A stretch of 64,000 nt of DNA. Origin: an uncultured Chloroflexia bacterium. GTDB taxonomy: Bacteria; Chloroflexota; Anaerolineae; JAAYZQ01. This document shows positions 31,458-42,039 of the stretch, piece after piece. A program made the position numbers and the translations under genes. The stretch spans positions 160,001 through 224,000 of the forward strand of contig CAVOXA010000009.1 in assembly GCA_963700285.1 (NCBI GenBank). Direction: 5' to 3'. Each line of letters begins with the position of its first letter. The first letter of the stretch is position 1. The notes under the pieces were generated by a model. The model did no database searches, had not been told where the DNA came from, and worked only from the letters and a program-made list of their open reading frames with translations.

Positions 31458-32456
31458 GTGAAGGTATCGGTAATCGCAACGGTGTTGAACGAGGGGTTGG
31501 CCATAGAGCGACTTCTCGGCTCATTGGCGGCGCAGAGTCGCCTGCCGGACGAGGTAGTCATCGCCGATGGCGGATCAACAGATGGTACGCTGACTGTCCT
31601 GGAGGATTGGGCCGGGGTGGGGCGACTGCCTTTGTACGTGCTGGAGGCGCCCGGCGCCAACATCTCGGCAGGGCGCAACGCGGCCATTGCCGCTGCCAGC
31701 GGTGAAGTGATGGCCACGACCGACGCGGGGGTGCGGCTGGAATCGGGCTGGTTGGAAGCCTTGGTAGCGCCCTTTGGGGAGGAACTAGAGGAGCCAGCCG
31801 TGTCCGTGGTCGGCGGTTGGTTCGTGGCCGATCCTCAGAGCCCCTTCGAAGCGGCGATGGGCGCCACAGTCCTGCCCAACCTGCGCGACATCGATCCGGA
31901 GACCTTTTTGCCCTCCAGCCGGTCCGTGGCTTTTCGCAAAGATGCCTGGAAACGGGTGGGTGGCTATCCCGAGTGGCTGGACTATTGCGAGGACCTGATC
32001 TTTGACTTTCGCCTGCGCGACCTCTACGGGCCTTTTCCCTTCGCGCCGGAGGCGACGGTCCATTTCCGTCCCCGGGGTAGCCTGCGGGCCTTTTTCAAGC
32101 AGTATTACCAGTACGCGCGCGGTGATGGCAAGGCCGACCTGTGGCGCAAGCGGCATGCCATCCGCTATGCGATCTACCTCGCGGCCGGCCCCGCACTGGT
32201 GCTGCTGGCCCTGTTCCACTTGCCCTGGTGGTGGTTGGTCCTGCTGGGCGGCGCGGTGGCCTATACCGCCACTCCCTACCGCCGGCTGTGGCCGATGCTG
32301 GAATCTTTTGGTGTCTGGGGCCGGCTAAAGGCGATGTTCCTGGTACCGGTCATCCGCGTCGTGGGCGACGTGGCCAAGATGATCGGCTACCCGGTGGGAC
32401 TGGCCTGGCGCTGGCGGAACCGCAGCCGCCCCGAGGTTCATTGGCGACGGGGGTGA
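31458..32456 (+). CDS. Glycosyltransferase family 2 with C-terminal TM segments
   Basis: VSVIATVLNE, DGGSTDGT, GRNAAI, TDAG, GGYPEWLDYCEDL. Confidence 0.92.
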   Translation: MKVSVIATVLNEGLAIERLLGSLAAQSRLPDEVVIADGGSTDGTLTVLEDWAGVGRLPLYVLEAPGANISAGRNAAIAAASGEVMATTDAGVRLESGWLEALVAPFGEELEEPAVSVVGGWFVADPQSPFEAAMGATVLPNLRDIDPETFLPSSRSVAFRKDAWKRVGGYPEWLDYCEDLIFDFRLRDLYGPFPFAPEATVHFRPRGSLRAFFKQYYQYARGDGKADLWRKRHAIRYAIYLAAGPALVLLALFHLPWWWLVLLGGAVAYTATPYRRLWPMLESFGVWGRLKAMFLVPVIRVVGDVAKMIGYPVGLAWRWRNRSRPEVHWRRG

Positions 32457-32539
32457 GTGGCCCCGTCTCCGCTAGGCGCATCAGCGAGGAGCGGTGCGCC
32501 TGGTTGCTGTAGGAATGACCAGCTAGGCGATCAGGGTAC

Positions 32540-34540
32540 TCACTCGCCGAACTGATAGATCTGGACCGCGTCGTTGGGGAGTGGCTGGCCCTGACTGTCG
32601 AAGGCCGGCAGCCGCTGGCCTCCGGCAGGGTCGTACCAGCCAGCGACGACGACATAGTGCCCCGGTGCCAGGTCCTCGGGAAGTTCCACGCGGCGTATGT
32701 CGCGTATCAGGTCTCCTGGCCGCCAGTACCGGGGGGGAAAGAGGCCTGCGACGGGGTAGCCGTCGCCCTGGGCGACCAGTTGTCCTGCCCCATCGTAGAC
32801 GTGTAGAAAGACGGTCGGATCCCCTGTTGGGGTCTGGGGGCTGTACCACCACAGGGTCAGCACGAGCTCATCCTGGGCGGTGGCGGTCTGAACGTCCGAC
32901 AGCCAGATCTTGTCGTCGAAATGGGCCAGCGGCGTGTAGCCCTGTTCCTGTGAGCCGGTGTCCTCCAGGGCACCAGCCGCGACAAAGCGCAGGTCGCCGG
33001 GCGCGTAGGTTGTCAGGTAGACGCCATCAACCCACCGGATGGCGTCAGCCAGCACATCCCAATCCAATCCCTCGCCGGCGTAGCCGATATAGTCGGGCCA
33101 GTCCTGTTTGGCAGGGTCAAACATCGCCGCCTGGATCTCTGGCTCCTTGCCACTGTTCACATATACAAAGTCCTGGGGACGCACGTATTCGGGGATAAAG
33201 GTTAGTCCTTCGGTGCCGACGCGGTAGGTGGCCTGCTTGGGCGCGATCCAGGCCGGCACATTGAGGTAGAGCAGCGTGTCGTCCTCGTCATAACCATCGA
33301 TGGCCTGGGCTGCTTGCCACAGCGGGGGGGCAACTGTGGTGGCCAGCGCCATCTTGTCGCGAACGTAAACGGTGTTGAAGGCCAGCATGGCCAGCGCTCC
33401 AGCCAGGGCCAGGGCCTTGGCCCACCAGTGGCTGGGCAGGCGGGTCCACAACAGGACCGGCACGCCCGCCCAGAGCAGGGCCGCGCCCACCGCGCCCAGG
33501 TAGAGGAGGCGCGGGCTGGTGATGACGTAGGCGAAATCGAGCGCTATCCACAGCGGCAGCAGGCCGACGACGAACCAGGACAGGGCGTACAGGAAGAGTT
33601 TGATCTGCTTCACCCACCAGTAGAAGGCCATGAGCGCGGTGAACCCCAGCAGGACCACGGCGGTCAGCAGCAGGTACTGGTCTACTGCCGAGGCTCGCGC
33701 CAGCGGAGTGACGATGGGACTGATGGGGAAGAGCAGCGCCTCCAGAAAGTAGATGCCGTTCTGCCACAGCGAGTGAAGGCCTGGCAGGCCCAGGGATGCT
33801 CCGGTCTCAGGTTCGGCCAGGATGACCAAGGGCAGGGCGATACCCCATACCAGGAGCACGTAAAGCAGAGGAAGCCAAGAGAAGTGTCCGAACTCGCGCC
33901 GCAGGTAGGCATAGGCTTCGACGCTCAAGATGGCTAGGGGCACCATCACGCCGCTCTCGTAGGCAAAGGGCGCCAAAAAGCCGGCCAGCAACGACAGGAA
34001 AATCAGCCACCTTGCGTTCCGGCGGCGGCCTTCCCAATAGAGCAGCGCGCTGGCCAATACCAGGGTGGCGATGAGTGGTTTGGACAGGGAGCTGGTGGAG
34101 GGTACGGCCTGGTAGCTGAAGGGAAAGGTCAAGAAGAGCAGTGCCGTGAGCAGGGCATAAGCCTGGCGCCCCCGGCCCCAAAAAGCGCGCCAGCCGACAT
34201 AACCTGCCAGCGCGGCGTTCAGACCGTGCAGCAGCAGGCTGAGGAGATGGAGCCTCTGCGGATTGTGGTCGCCCAGCAGCAGTTGCTCGACCTTCCAGAT
34301 GCTCATGGTCAGCGGGCGGTAGTAGCCCAGCCCTTCGGCCGTTGTCCATACTTCCGGTAGGGAGTGCCACTCCAGCCAGCGCAGGTGGACCATGTCATCG
34401 AAAAAGAGGGGCAGCCCCACAGCTTCGTGGTACAGGAGCAGTGAGCCGCCCAGAGACAGGGCGATGAGCAGCACCACAAAAAGGGCGCTGCGCAGGCCTG
34501 GCCTGGGAACTGGCCGATCAACCTGTCGAGTGCCCGTCAT
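32540..34540 (-). CDS. GT-C-like polytopic membrane protein with extracellular C-domain
   Basis: FFDD, YYRPL, LLLHGLN, YESG; C-terminal LTLWW..TVFLHVYD..G..VAQ.D..W.PGD...D. Confidence 0.75.
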   Translation of the reverse strand: MTGTRQVDRPVPRPGLRSALFVVLLIALSLGGSLLLYHEAVGLPLFFDDMVHLRWLEWHSLPEVWTTAEGLGYYRPLTMSIWKVEQLLLGDHNPQRLHLLSLLLHGLNAALAGYVGWRAFWGRGRQAYALLTALLFLTFPFSYQAVPSTSSLSKPLIATLVLASALLYWEGRRRNARWLIFLSLLAGFLAPFAYESGVMVPLAILSVEAYAYLRREFGHFSWLPLLYVLLVWGIALPLVILAEPETGASLGLPGLHSLWQNGIYFLEALLFPISPIVTPLARASAVDQYLLLTAVVLLGFTALMAFYWWVKQIKLFLYALSWFVVGLLPLWIALDFAYVITSPRLLYLGAVGAALLWAGVPVLLWTRLPSHWWAKALALAGALAMLAFNTVYVRDKMALATTVAPPLWQAAQAIDGYDEDDTLLYLNVPAWIAPKQATYRVGTEGLTFIPEYVRPQDFVYVNSGKEPEIQAAMFDPAKQDWPDYIGYAGEGLDWDVLADAIRWVDGVYLTTYAPGDLRFVAAGALEDTGSQEQGYTPLAHFDDKIWLSDVQTATAQDELVLTLWWYSPQTPTGDPTVFLHVYDGAGQLVAQGDGYPVAGLFPPRYWRPGDLIRDIRRVELPEDLAPGHYVVVAGWYDPAGGQRLPAFDSQGQPLPNDAVQIYQFGE

Positions 34541-36459
34541 CGCTCGCGCACCTCGAACTCTGCGCCTATCGCTATTTCACTTCCAGTGTCTGCCACCTTT
34601 AGGCTCTCCCAGCCGCCTTCTGGCAGCAAACGATAGAGGATCACGCCCCAGCGATAGATACCGGGCGCCAGTTCGCCGGGCAGTTGGATCTCGTAATAGT
34701 CGCCCACCACCTCGCCGGCTGCCCACTGGGAGGTGGGAAAAGTACCCAACACCGGGTGCTGGCTGTCTATTTGGAAAACCTCCTGCCCCGCCTCGTCGAT
34801 CAGGCGCAGCGAGACGGCATAGTCGTATGGGGGATCCTGGAGTGCCCGCCAGAACAAGGTCACCGGTACCACCGTCGCCGGGTAGAAATCAGTATCACCG
34901 TAGACAAAGCCCACAAGCTCGAAGGCGTCGTCCAGGTGGATGCCGAGGGGAATGATGCCCGCAGGCGGTTTGCGGACGGGTTCGGGGTTGAGCGCGATCA
35001 GTGGACCGGTGGAGGATGGGCTCCAGCGATCAGCCAAACTGGGTTGGTTGCGGCTGATGTACAAGGGCCGGCCGCTGGCCGCCGCCTCGTCCAGACGCTC
35101 GACGGGATAGACAATGTCCACGTCAGGGCGCAGGCCCTCGACCTGCTGGTAGTACCACAGCGGGGTTGCCTGCTCCCAATCGGCGACGATGACGGCATCC
35201 TGGTCGACGAGTGCTATGGCACTGCCGATTCGCTCCCCCATCCGTCCCACCTTGAGGGCCTGCCGCCATACGTCGAGCGTACCCTGGCCGTAATGGATGT
35301 CGCGAAATGACTGGTACCGTTGGCGGACTGGGACCAGTGGCAGGAGGATCATGGTCAAGGCCAGCCCGACGGTCAGTACGGTGCCGAGTTTTCCCCATTT
35401 GATGCGCAGCCGCTCAAAGCCGATCCATACTGCGCCCAACGCTTCTCCGATCCACAGCGCATAGATCATGAAAGATGGGATAAAAAAGGTCCATTGGCGG
35501 GGCAGGTGGTGGTTGGCGGCCAAGAAAGCCTGCAGGGAAAAAACTACCAGCAAAAAGATTGCGTCGGCCGGCCGGCGGCAGAACTGCCAGGCCAATCCTC
35601 CCAGCCCCAGCAGAACGCCGATCCAGGTGAAATCGCGCTGCAGGGTGCGGGTATAGAAGAGAAGCCGCTCGCCCAGGTCGGCCGGGTCGACGTAGAGATA
35701 GCCGATCTGGCCGGTATCCATGAGATAGTGGTACCAGTCCTCCAGCGTCCGTGGGTGCCAGGTCCCAGGGGGCAGGTTGCGTGACTCCGCCCAAGGGAGA
35801 TAGAGGTAGAAGAGCAGGGGGGCGGTGAAAAGCGCGGCCAGTCTCAGCAGGCGGCGCCAGTCGCGCCATAGCGTGCTCCCTTCGATCCACCAGATATAGC
35901 CCAGCAGTGCCGGCGCAAAGAGCACCATGGTGCGGTGGTGCGTCAGGCTCAGGCCGTAAACCAAAGCGAGCAGGTTCAGTGTTGCTGGCGAGCGCGTCGT
36001 TCCCCAGCGTAGGGTCAGGTGGAGTACCAGGGCTACCAGAAGCGCGTTGAAGGCATACTTGTCGGCCATCGTGGCCTGTTCCCAGAATACAGGGCCAAAG
36101 GCAAAGAACAAGGCCGCCGACAGTGCTGGTATCACGCGCCTTGTGTTCCAATAGGCAATCTGGTATACTAGGAACACGGCTAGGCTGGCAGCGAGGGCTG
36201 ATAGCAGGTTCATCCGCCAGGCCACGCTGGGTCCGAGGGGCAGCAGGCTCCACAATTTGCCCAGGAGAATGTAAAAGGGCGTGCCCGTGGGGTGGGCCAG
36301 GCCGAGAATGTGCGACACGAACTGCAACTCACCGATGTCGCCGCCCAGGACGCCAGGGTTCAGGGTCAAGATGTAGACGGTCAGCACTCCGGCCAGGAGC
36401 AGAATCCCGACCAAGGTACGCCCGTGTGCCCTGATAGATAAACTGATTTCACGTGCCAT
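34537..36459 (-). CDS. DUF2723 (TMEM260-like GT-C) protein
   Basis: GDIGELQ, GLAHPTG.PFY.LLG, WRMNLLSA, FWEQAT, GLSLTHHRT, YLYLP; same C-terminal beta domain. Confidence 0.85.
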   Translation of the reverse strand: MAREISLSIRAHGRTLVGILLLAGVLTVYILTLNPGVLGGDIGELQFVSHILGLAHPTGTPFYILLGKLWSLLPLGPSVAWRMNLLSALAASLAVFLVYQIAYWNTRRVIPALSAALFFAFGPVFWEQATMADKYAFNALLVALVLHLTLRWGTTRSPATLNLLALVYGLSLTHHRTMVLFAPALLGYIWWIEGSTLWRDWRRLLRLAALFTAPLLFYLYLPWAESRNLPPGTWHPRTLEDWYHYLMDTGQIGYLYVDPADLGERLLFYTRTLQRDFTWIGVLLGLGGLAWQFCRRPADAIFLLVVFSLQAFLAANHHLPRQWTFFIPSFMIYALWIGEALGAVWIGFERLRIKWGKLGTVLTVGLALTMILLPLVPVRQRYQSFRDIHYGQGTLDVWRQALKVGRMGERIGSAIALVDQDAVIVADWEQATPLWYYQQVEGLRPDVDIVYPVERLDEAAASGRPLYISRNQPSLADRWSPSSTGPLIALNPEPVRKPPAGIIPLGIHLDDAFELVGFVYGDTDFYPATVVPVTLFWRALQDPPYDYAVSLRLIDEAGQEVFQIDSQHPVLGTFPTSQWAAGEVVGDYYEIQLPGELAPGIYRWGVILYRLLPEGGWESLKVADTGSEIAIGAEFEVRER

Positions 36460-36562
36460 GGATTCCCTATGAACGCCCCGTGGAGATGCGATCGGGAAAA
36501 GTGTACCACAGATAGCTGGCAGGGGCAAAAGATCATGGGAAGGCGATGCCTGCCATCTCAAA

Positions 36563-36604
36563 CGATACCTTGTATCGCACGTGATACCTTGTATCGTACG
36601 TGAT
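36563..36604. repeat. Two tandem 19-bp units each holding a GATAC-CTT-GTATC palindrome
   Basis: GATACCTTGTATCGCACGT / GATACCTTGTATCGTACGT followed by GAT, in a divergent intergenic region. Confidence 0.8.
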
Positions 36605-36736
36605 CCAGTCCGGTTTTCTGGAACAATGCAGACGGGGATAGCGTCCTAGTACCAGATTGCCATCCACCCGCTGGTCCGCAGGTCTGCTATCCCGGCGGGT
36701 GAATCGCCATCACAGACAAAAAAGGAGCAGGGAGAA

Positions 36737-37699
36737 ATGAAAAAGAGAGCAAAGGTTGGCCGCAGCCGGATTGTCACGGGTCTCGTCGTGGGAGTAATGC
36801 TTCTCCTCTTCCTCCTGGGATGTGGAGGTGCTTCTTCCGCACCCGAGCCGGCACTGGACCAGATGGTTGTCAGGGAGGTGGTGGTAGAGTCGGAAGAGTC
36901 CGCCTACAATGCGCCGGTTATGCCGCAGGGTACCGCGGCACCGGATCTGTTTGAGAAGTCCTCAGGGGATTCTGCACCCGTGACCGAGCGCCTGATCATC
37001 CGCACAGGCCGGGTGACCATGGTCGTGGAGGATACGCGCGCGGCCCGGGCAGCCATTGAGGGCCTGGTGGCCGAGATGGCCGCCCAAGGGGCTTTCATCG
37101 TCTCTGGCGACGAGTATGGTGGTACCGGAGGGGCTCAGCCCCACATCACAATGAGTATTCGCGTCCCGGCGACCAGCTTTGGCCAGACGATGGACTGGCT
37201 GGCCGATATGGCCGTGGAGGTCACCAACAGGAACGAGTCAGCCCAGGATGTCACCGAGGAATATGTCGATCTGGAGGCGCGCCTGGAGAGCCTGGAAGCA
37301 GCCAGGCAGCGATTGCTACAGATCATGGAAGAGTCCCGATCGACCAAGGATCTGCTGGAAGCGGAGCAGCAACTGACCCAGCGCGAAGCCGAGATCGAGT
37401 CGATCAAGGGGCGGATGAAGTACCTGTCCCAATCGGCCCAACTGAGCAGCATCTGGATAGAGCTGGAGCCCAACATCCTGAGGCAGCCGGTCGATGACGG
37501 CTGGCGGCCTGCCGAGACCGTCCGCAGGGCAGTGCAAGCGCTTCTGGCCGGTCTGCAGGGCTTTGGCGAGTTCCTGATCTTCTTTGTCATCGCCATCCTG
37601 CCCTGGCTGGTCCTGGTGGCGTTGGTGATCGGGGTAGTCGTGTGGTTTGTCAGGAAGAGGGCCCGGTCAAGCGGGCGCAAGGACGCTGACGAAGGCTAG
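36737..37699 (+). CDS. DUF4349-domain lipoprotein
   Basis: Lipobox LLGC; RLIIRTG, IRVPA, DVTEEYVDLEARL, EIESIKGR.KYL; C-terminal TM. Confidence 0.9.
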   Translation: MKKRAKVGRSRIVTGLVVGVMLLLFLLGCGGASSAPEPALDQMVVREVVVESEESAYNAPVMPQGTAAPDLFEKSSGDSAPVTERLIIRTGRVTMVVEDTRAARAAIEGLVAEMAAQGAFIVSGDEYGGTGGAQPHITMSIRVPATSFGQTMDWLADMAVEVTNRNESAQDVTEEYVDLEARLESLEAARQRLLQIMEESRSTKDLLEAEQQLTQREAEIESIKGRMKYLSQSAQLSSIWIELEPNILRQPVDDGWRPAETVRRAVQALLAGLQGFGEFLIFFVIAILPWLVLVALVIGVVVWFVRKRARSSGRKDADEG

Positions 37700-37732
37700 T
37701 CGCCTGATCGGGACTGCTCCAAGACTCGTGCT

Positions 37733-37761
37733 AAAACGGGCGCCCCTTGGGCGCCCGTTTT
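37733..37761. terminator. Bidirectional intrinsic terminator
   Basis: AAAACGGGCGCCC-CTT-GGGCGCCCGTTTT between convergent genes. Confidence 0.85.
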
Positions 37762-37799
37762 GACATGTGCATCTGGCGGTTTCCGGAAAAGGGCGGAGT

Positions 37800-39227
37800 C
37801 TAGCGAGCAAGTTCCTCCTCGGGCTCCATGTGAACGAGAACCTGGGCGATGCCGGGTACCTGGGCGTGAAGGCGTTTCTCCGCCTGGTCGGAAAGGCGGT
37901 GGGCTTCCTGGACCGGGAGGTCAGGCCTGGCCAGACAGTGCACCACGACGTCGTATCCGTCGGGGCTGGGCCGCAGGTAGAGGTTGTGCCAGCCGCGTAA
38001 GCCTGGAAGCTCTTCCAATATCGCCAAGATCTCGGCCCGCAGCCGCTTATCCTCTTCGGGCTCCAGGGCAGCCGGCCCTACCGGGACGGCTATGGGCTCA
38101 ATGTGGCTGTGAATGTCATCGACGTGGGGTAGCTCTTCCCGGATTACCCCTTCCAGGCGAGCGACCTGCTCGTGCGCGTCAACCAACGTCAGATCCGGCG
38201 GCACCTCGACATGCAGATCCACAAAGGTCCGGCCCTGTCCCTCGTGGGCATGGACGTTGTGCACGCGCAGACCCTGTTGGGCGGCAATGGCACGCACGGC
38301 CTGGGGCAGGCTCTCGCCGGCCTGCCGCACCGGGTCTACGTGGACCACCACGTCGCCCTCATCTATCAAGGCGCCGATACGCTTTTCCACTGCCGTGGCG
38401 ACCTGGTGGGCTTCTTCCAGGGAAGCGCTGCGCTCGACCTTGATCGTCAGGTCTACAAAGGTGGCAGATCCTGCCGGGCGGACGCGGACTGTGCTGACGT
38501 CGCGCACCCCTGGCATTGCTTTTGCCTCGGAGGCGATCTGGTCGGAGAGGCCCCTAGGCGCGGCATCGAGCAGCTCGCTGACAGCGCGCCAGCCCAGGCC
38601 AAGGCTAACCCGCAGGACGAAAAGGGCGACGACTATCGCTGCCAAGGCATCGGCTTTCATCAGCCATGTCCATTCGGGTCCAAGACGAGTTCCAAGCCAG
38701 GCGAGCCCGAGCCCCAACAGCACGACCGAAGAACTGAGTACGTCAGCACGAAAGTTGAGGGCGTTTCCCTCCAGCGACTGGCTGCGATAGCGCCGGGCTA
38801 CCCCCATCAGGTAGGTCGAGAGCCAGAGGCTGGCAACGATGGAGAGTACCATCACGGCGATGCCCCACAGTCCGGACTGGATGGCCACTGGAGGGGCAAG
38901 GAGCCGCTGGATCGCTTCGTAGATGATCCAGGCGCTGGTGAGTAGCAGCAGCAGTGACTCGACAAGTCCGGCCAGATTCTCAACTTTTCCATGGCCGTAG
39001 GGGTGCCTGGCATCGGGCGGCTGGGAGGCAGCGCGCACGGCAAACAAGGCCACGATCGCAGCCACCAGGTCCAGAACCGAATCAGCGACCTGGGCCAGGA
39101 TGCCCAAGCTTCCGGTGGCGAGGCCCACAGCTACTTTCAGAATGATGAGCCCCAGGACCACCGCTACGGAGATCAGCGAAGCGCGTCGTTTTGTGCTCTC
39201 AGCTTGCGAGTCAGCGTTCGTCATCAT
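37800..39227 (-). CDS. Cation diffusion facilitator with three tandem C-terminal (ZT_dimer-like) domains
   Basis: ADSVLD, PPD..HPYGHGKVEN; three repeats of ..AH.....E.......HVDP/HIEP/HMEP. Confidence 0.92.
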   Translation of the reverse strand: MMTNADSQAESTKRRASLISVAVVLGLIILKVAVGLATGSLGILAQVADSVLDLVAAIVALFAVRAASQPPDARHPYGHGKVENLAGLVESLLLLLTSAWIIYEAIQRLLAPPVAIQSGLWGIAVMVLSIVASLWLSTYLMGVARRYRSQSLEGNALNFRADVLSSSVVLLGLGLAWLGTRLGPEWTWLMKADALAAIVVALFVLRVSLGLGWRAVSELLDAAPRGLSDQIASEAKAMPGVRDVSTVRVRPAGSATFVDLTIKVERSASLEEAHQVATAVEKRIGALIDEGDVVVHVDPVRQAGESLPQAVRAIAAQQGLRVHNVHAHEGQGRTFVDLHVEVPPDLTLVDAHEQVARLEGVIREELPHVDDIHSHIEPIAVPVGPAALEPEEDKRLRAEILAILEELPGLRGWHNLYLRPSPDGYDVVVHCLARPDLPVQEAHRLSDQAEKRLHAQVPGIAQVLVHMEPEEELAR

Positions 39228-41728
39228 TGCCCACATTGATGGGTTGGCAGATAGCCCGGACTGGGATAGGGCCAATCCCGAAAGTCGCTGCTGCAGTCAT
39301 CGGTGTCCAGCCAGGCGGGGACGCGCTCCAGCGAGTGGCCGTAGGCCACGCCTGGATGGGGCACCACCCCTGGAAAGGAGCCCAGGCCATAGACCAGGAC
39401 GTCCACAGCCCGGTCCTTCCCGTCCAGGATCAATACTTCGTCGCCGCCGTTGTTCAGGCCCCAGTCCCCCTCGCCCCTGGTGGGATAGTTTAGCATGTCA
39501 GGTACCTGCGGGTCTGTATCCAGGATCTCATAGTCTGGCTTGCGACCCACAAAATCCTTCTGAAACCCGGCGGTGGTCACGGCCACGACCAGCACCTGGT
39601 CGGGCTGGATGGAAGCGCCGGATGGAAATTGGTACGTGCCCTCATAGTCATCGCTATGGACGGCGTCCCCGACTTTGTAAGCCGAGAGGTCAATTGACCG
39701 GTTGGTGGGGTTATAGATCTCGACCCATTCTTGCACGGGAGCCGCGCCATAGTATACCTCGCTGACGAGCAGATGGCCGGCTGGACGGGGTACCTCGTGC
39801 TGGCTGGCCAAAAGGGGTAGATAAGCAGGGGGTGTGGCGATGCGCCAATCGTATTCAAACACACCCTGCAAATACTCGTAGGCGCCGGTCGGATTGCACC
39901 TGGAGGGCGATCTCACGATTGATCTTGAAGGACGCCTCATTTCCGTTGATGCTGCCAACGTGCACGTAGCCTCGCCCGCCGATGTGGGCCAGGACCATCT
40001 TGTTGTGCAGCCCCAGGAAGGTAGGGTTGGCCAGCCGGGCTGCCAGATCCAGGTTCTCGGTCCGAGCTGTAGCTTGCAGGTAGCCCACCGTCGCAGCGTT
40101 GTCGTCACCCTCATCCAGGTGCGCATCCAGGAGGATGCGAACAACCGCCCCCCGACGGGCAGCGTCCAGGTAAGCGACCAGGCGAGGGTTGGGATCGCTC
40201 TCGGGCGTGCTCTGACTGGACCCCCAATTGAGCCTTTCGGTGAGCTGTTCCACCAGGATCGTATCCCCTGGCCCAGCCCGGCCCAGTAGCCCCAACAAGC
40301 CGTCCCGGGTCCGTAGGCTGTTTTCTGGAGATTGGATCACCTCAAAGGCAAAGGTCCCCTGCCACGTCTGCGGGGTGGGAAACTGAACCGTGTAGGTCAT
40401 CCAGTCGGGCGTCGGATCCGGCTCGAAGCCGGCCGGCGGCGTACAGAGGCCGGGAGCCTGTGTCGCAGCCCGCGATGTCCAGGTGCCGGGCCGGGTCGGC
40501 GTCGGCATCAAAGATGGCCCGGGCGCGGGCTGCCACACCGGGAGCATCGGTGATCAGATAGACTCCCCGCCGCCCCGCCGTACCGTTCCCCTTGCCGTCG
40601 GCCGGCATGCTGGGATAGCTGAGGTTCTCAGACCCGATGAGGACCGTACGTGCCGTCCACGATCATCAGTTTTGCATGCTGATTTTTGTAGCGATCGTGG
40701 ATCCGATTGACACTGTCATTGACCATGAACAGGACCTGGGCGCCACTGTCGTGCAACTGCCGGACAATCCACTTTTCCTGATCCGTCACTCCCCCAAAGG
40801 CAGGCGCCCCCTCCAACAGCAGCGTGATGCGCACGCCCCTGTCAAGGCGATCCAGCAGCACACTGGCCAACTCCTTGCTGCGAAGAGAGTAGCTCGCAAT
40901 CTGGATGCTCTCCTGGGCGCCTGACAAAAAGCTGGCGATGGTGTCAAAGAGGTGGTCGGGGGCGATGGCTACAGTCAGCGTAGCTGTCTCGGTCAAACGC
41001 CCGGTAAAGAAAAAGGAGTCGAGATCCCAACCAGGATAGCGGACCCGGCGGCCGTCCACGTGGTCGTCGGGGTCCTGGGCCCAGTCGGCAAGGCTGCCGG
41101 TGTCAGGTATGGGCAGGCCAGTGGCTTGATCGCGCTTACGGTAGAGGATCTGTCCCTCCGCGGCAAAGGTACTGCTGGGTGTCCAGGGTTCGAGGGCCGG
41201 GCCGCTCCAGCCACCGGTGGATGCATCCCCTCCCCGATAAACCAGGGCATCCACGGTTTCGCCCTTGTCGTCCAGCAGCAGGCACTCATCGCCGGTGTTG
41301 GCAAAGCGAGGCCATGAGCCGCTCATCTGCGGAACGGTGGGGTCGGTGGAGCCGAGTTCAAGGTCGGCGTTGGTGCCAAAGTGACGGCGAAAGGCGGCTG
41401 CTTCCCTGGTACACCAGATGGCCTGGCCGGGTGCCAGGTTGGTGCCATCCGGGATCTCAACCGAGGACTCCAGGTCGGTCACGCTCCAGCCGCCGATGTC
41501 GACAGGTTTGTCGGAGACGTTCATCAGCCGGACGGCCTCGTCCGGTTCCTGTGACTCGTAACCGTCATAGTGCAGCGCCTCGATGAGGACGCCACGGGAC
41601 TCCGCTGCGTCGCGCAGTTTCGCTCCAGCCGGGAGGGCTGCAGCCTCGATCCCAACACTGCCCAGCAGCGCGGAGGCGACGACAAGGCCGATGATAACAA
41701 AGCTCAGAGGGATCCAATCGGTTTTCAT
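39224..41728 (-). CDS. Secreted lamin-tail-domain / phospholipase D-family protein; indels
   Basis: Signal peptide; LTD (IEALHYD..DEAVRL.N); HAKLMIVD and HNKMVL..GSING; second LTD (VSEVYY..EWVEIYNPT). Confidence 0.8.
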
Positions 41729-42039
41729 ACCCTCTCGCATCGAGTGGTCTGTGACCAGCATATCATATCCGCTTGGGACTGTCAACTGCGGTCCGGACAT
41801 ACCGTCTGGGATTCCAGGGACCGTGGATGTGGTTCTTGCCGGTCTCACGCCTTCGGGGTTGCGAGCCCAAGGCCCAACGGAAGCCCTGGCGATCTGCTCA
41901 AGGTGGAGGAGGCGCGTTGATCCCACTGCATACTTGTATGCCTTGTGGACGGTGGCGGACCGGCATTTGCCAGTGCCGTCTACCCGTGTTACACTGGCTG
42001 CCATTCTACTCTCAAGGGGCACAATCAGGCGTGGACAGA

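Noticed and set aside
36563-36604. CRISPR array
   Set aside because: Only two abutting 19-bp units, no spacers and no cas genes; no CRISPR array was seen anywhere in the window.
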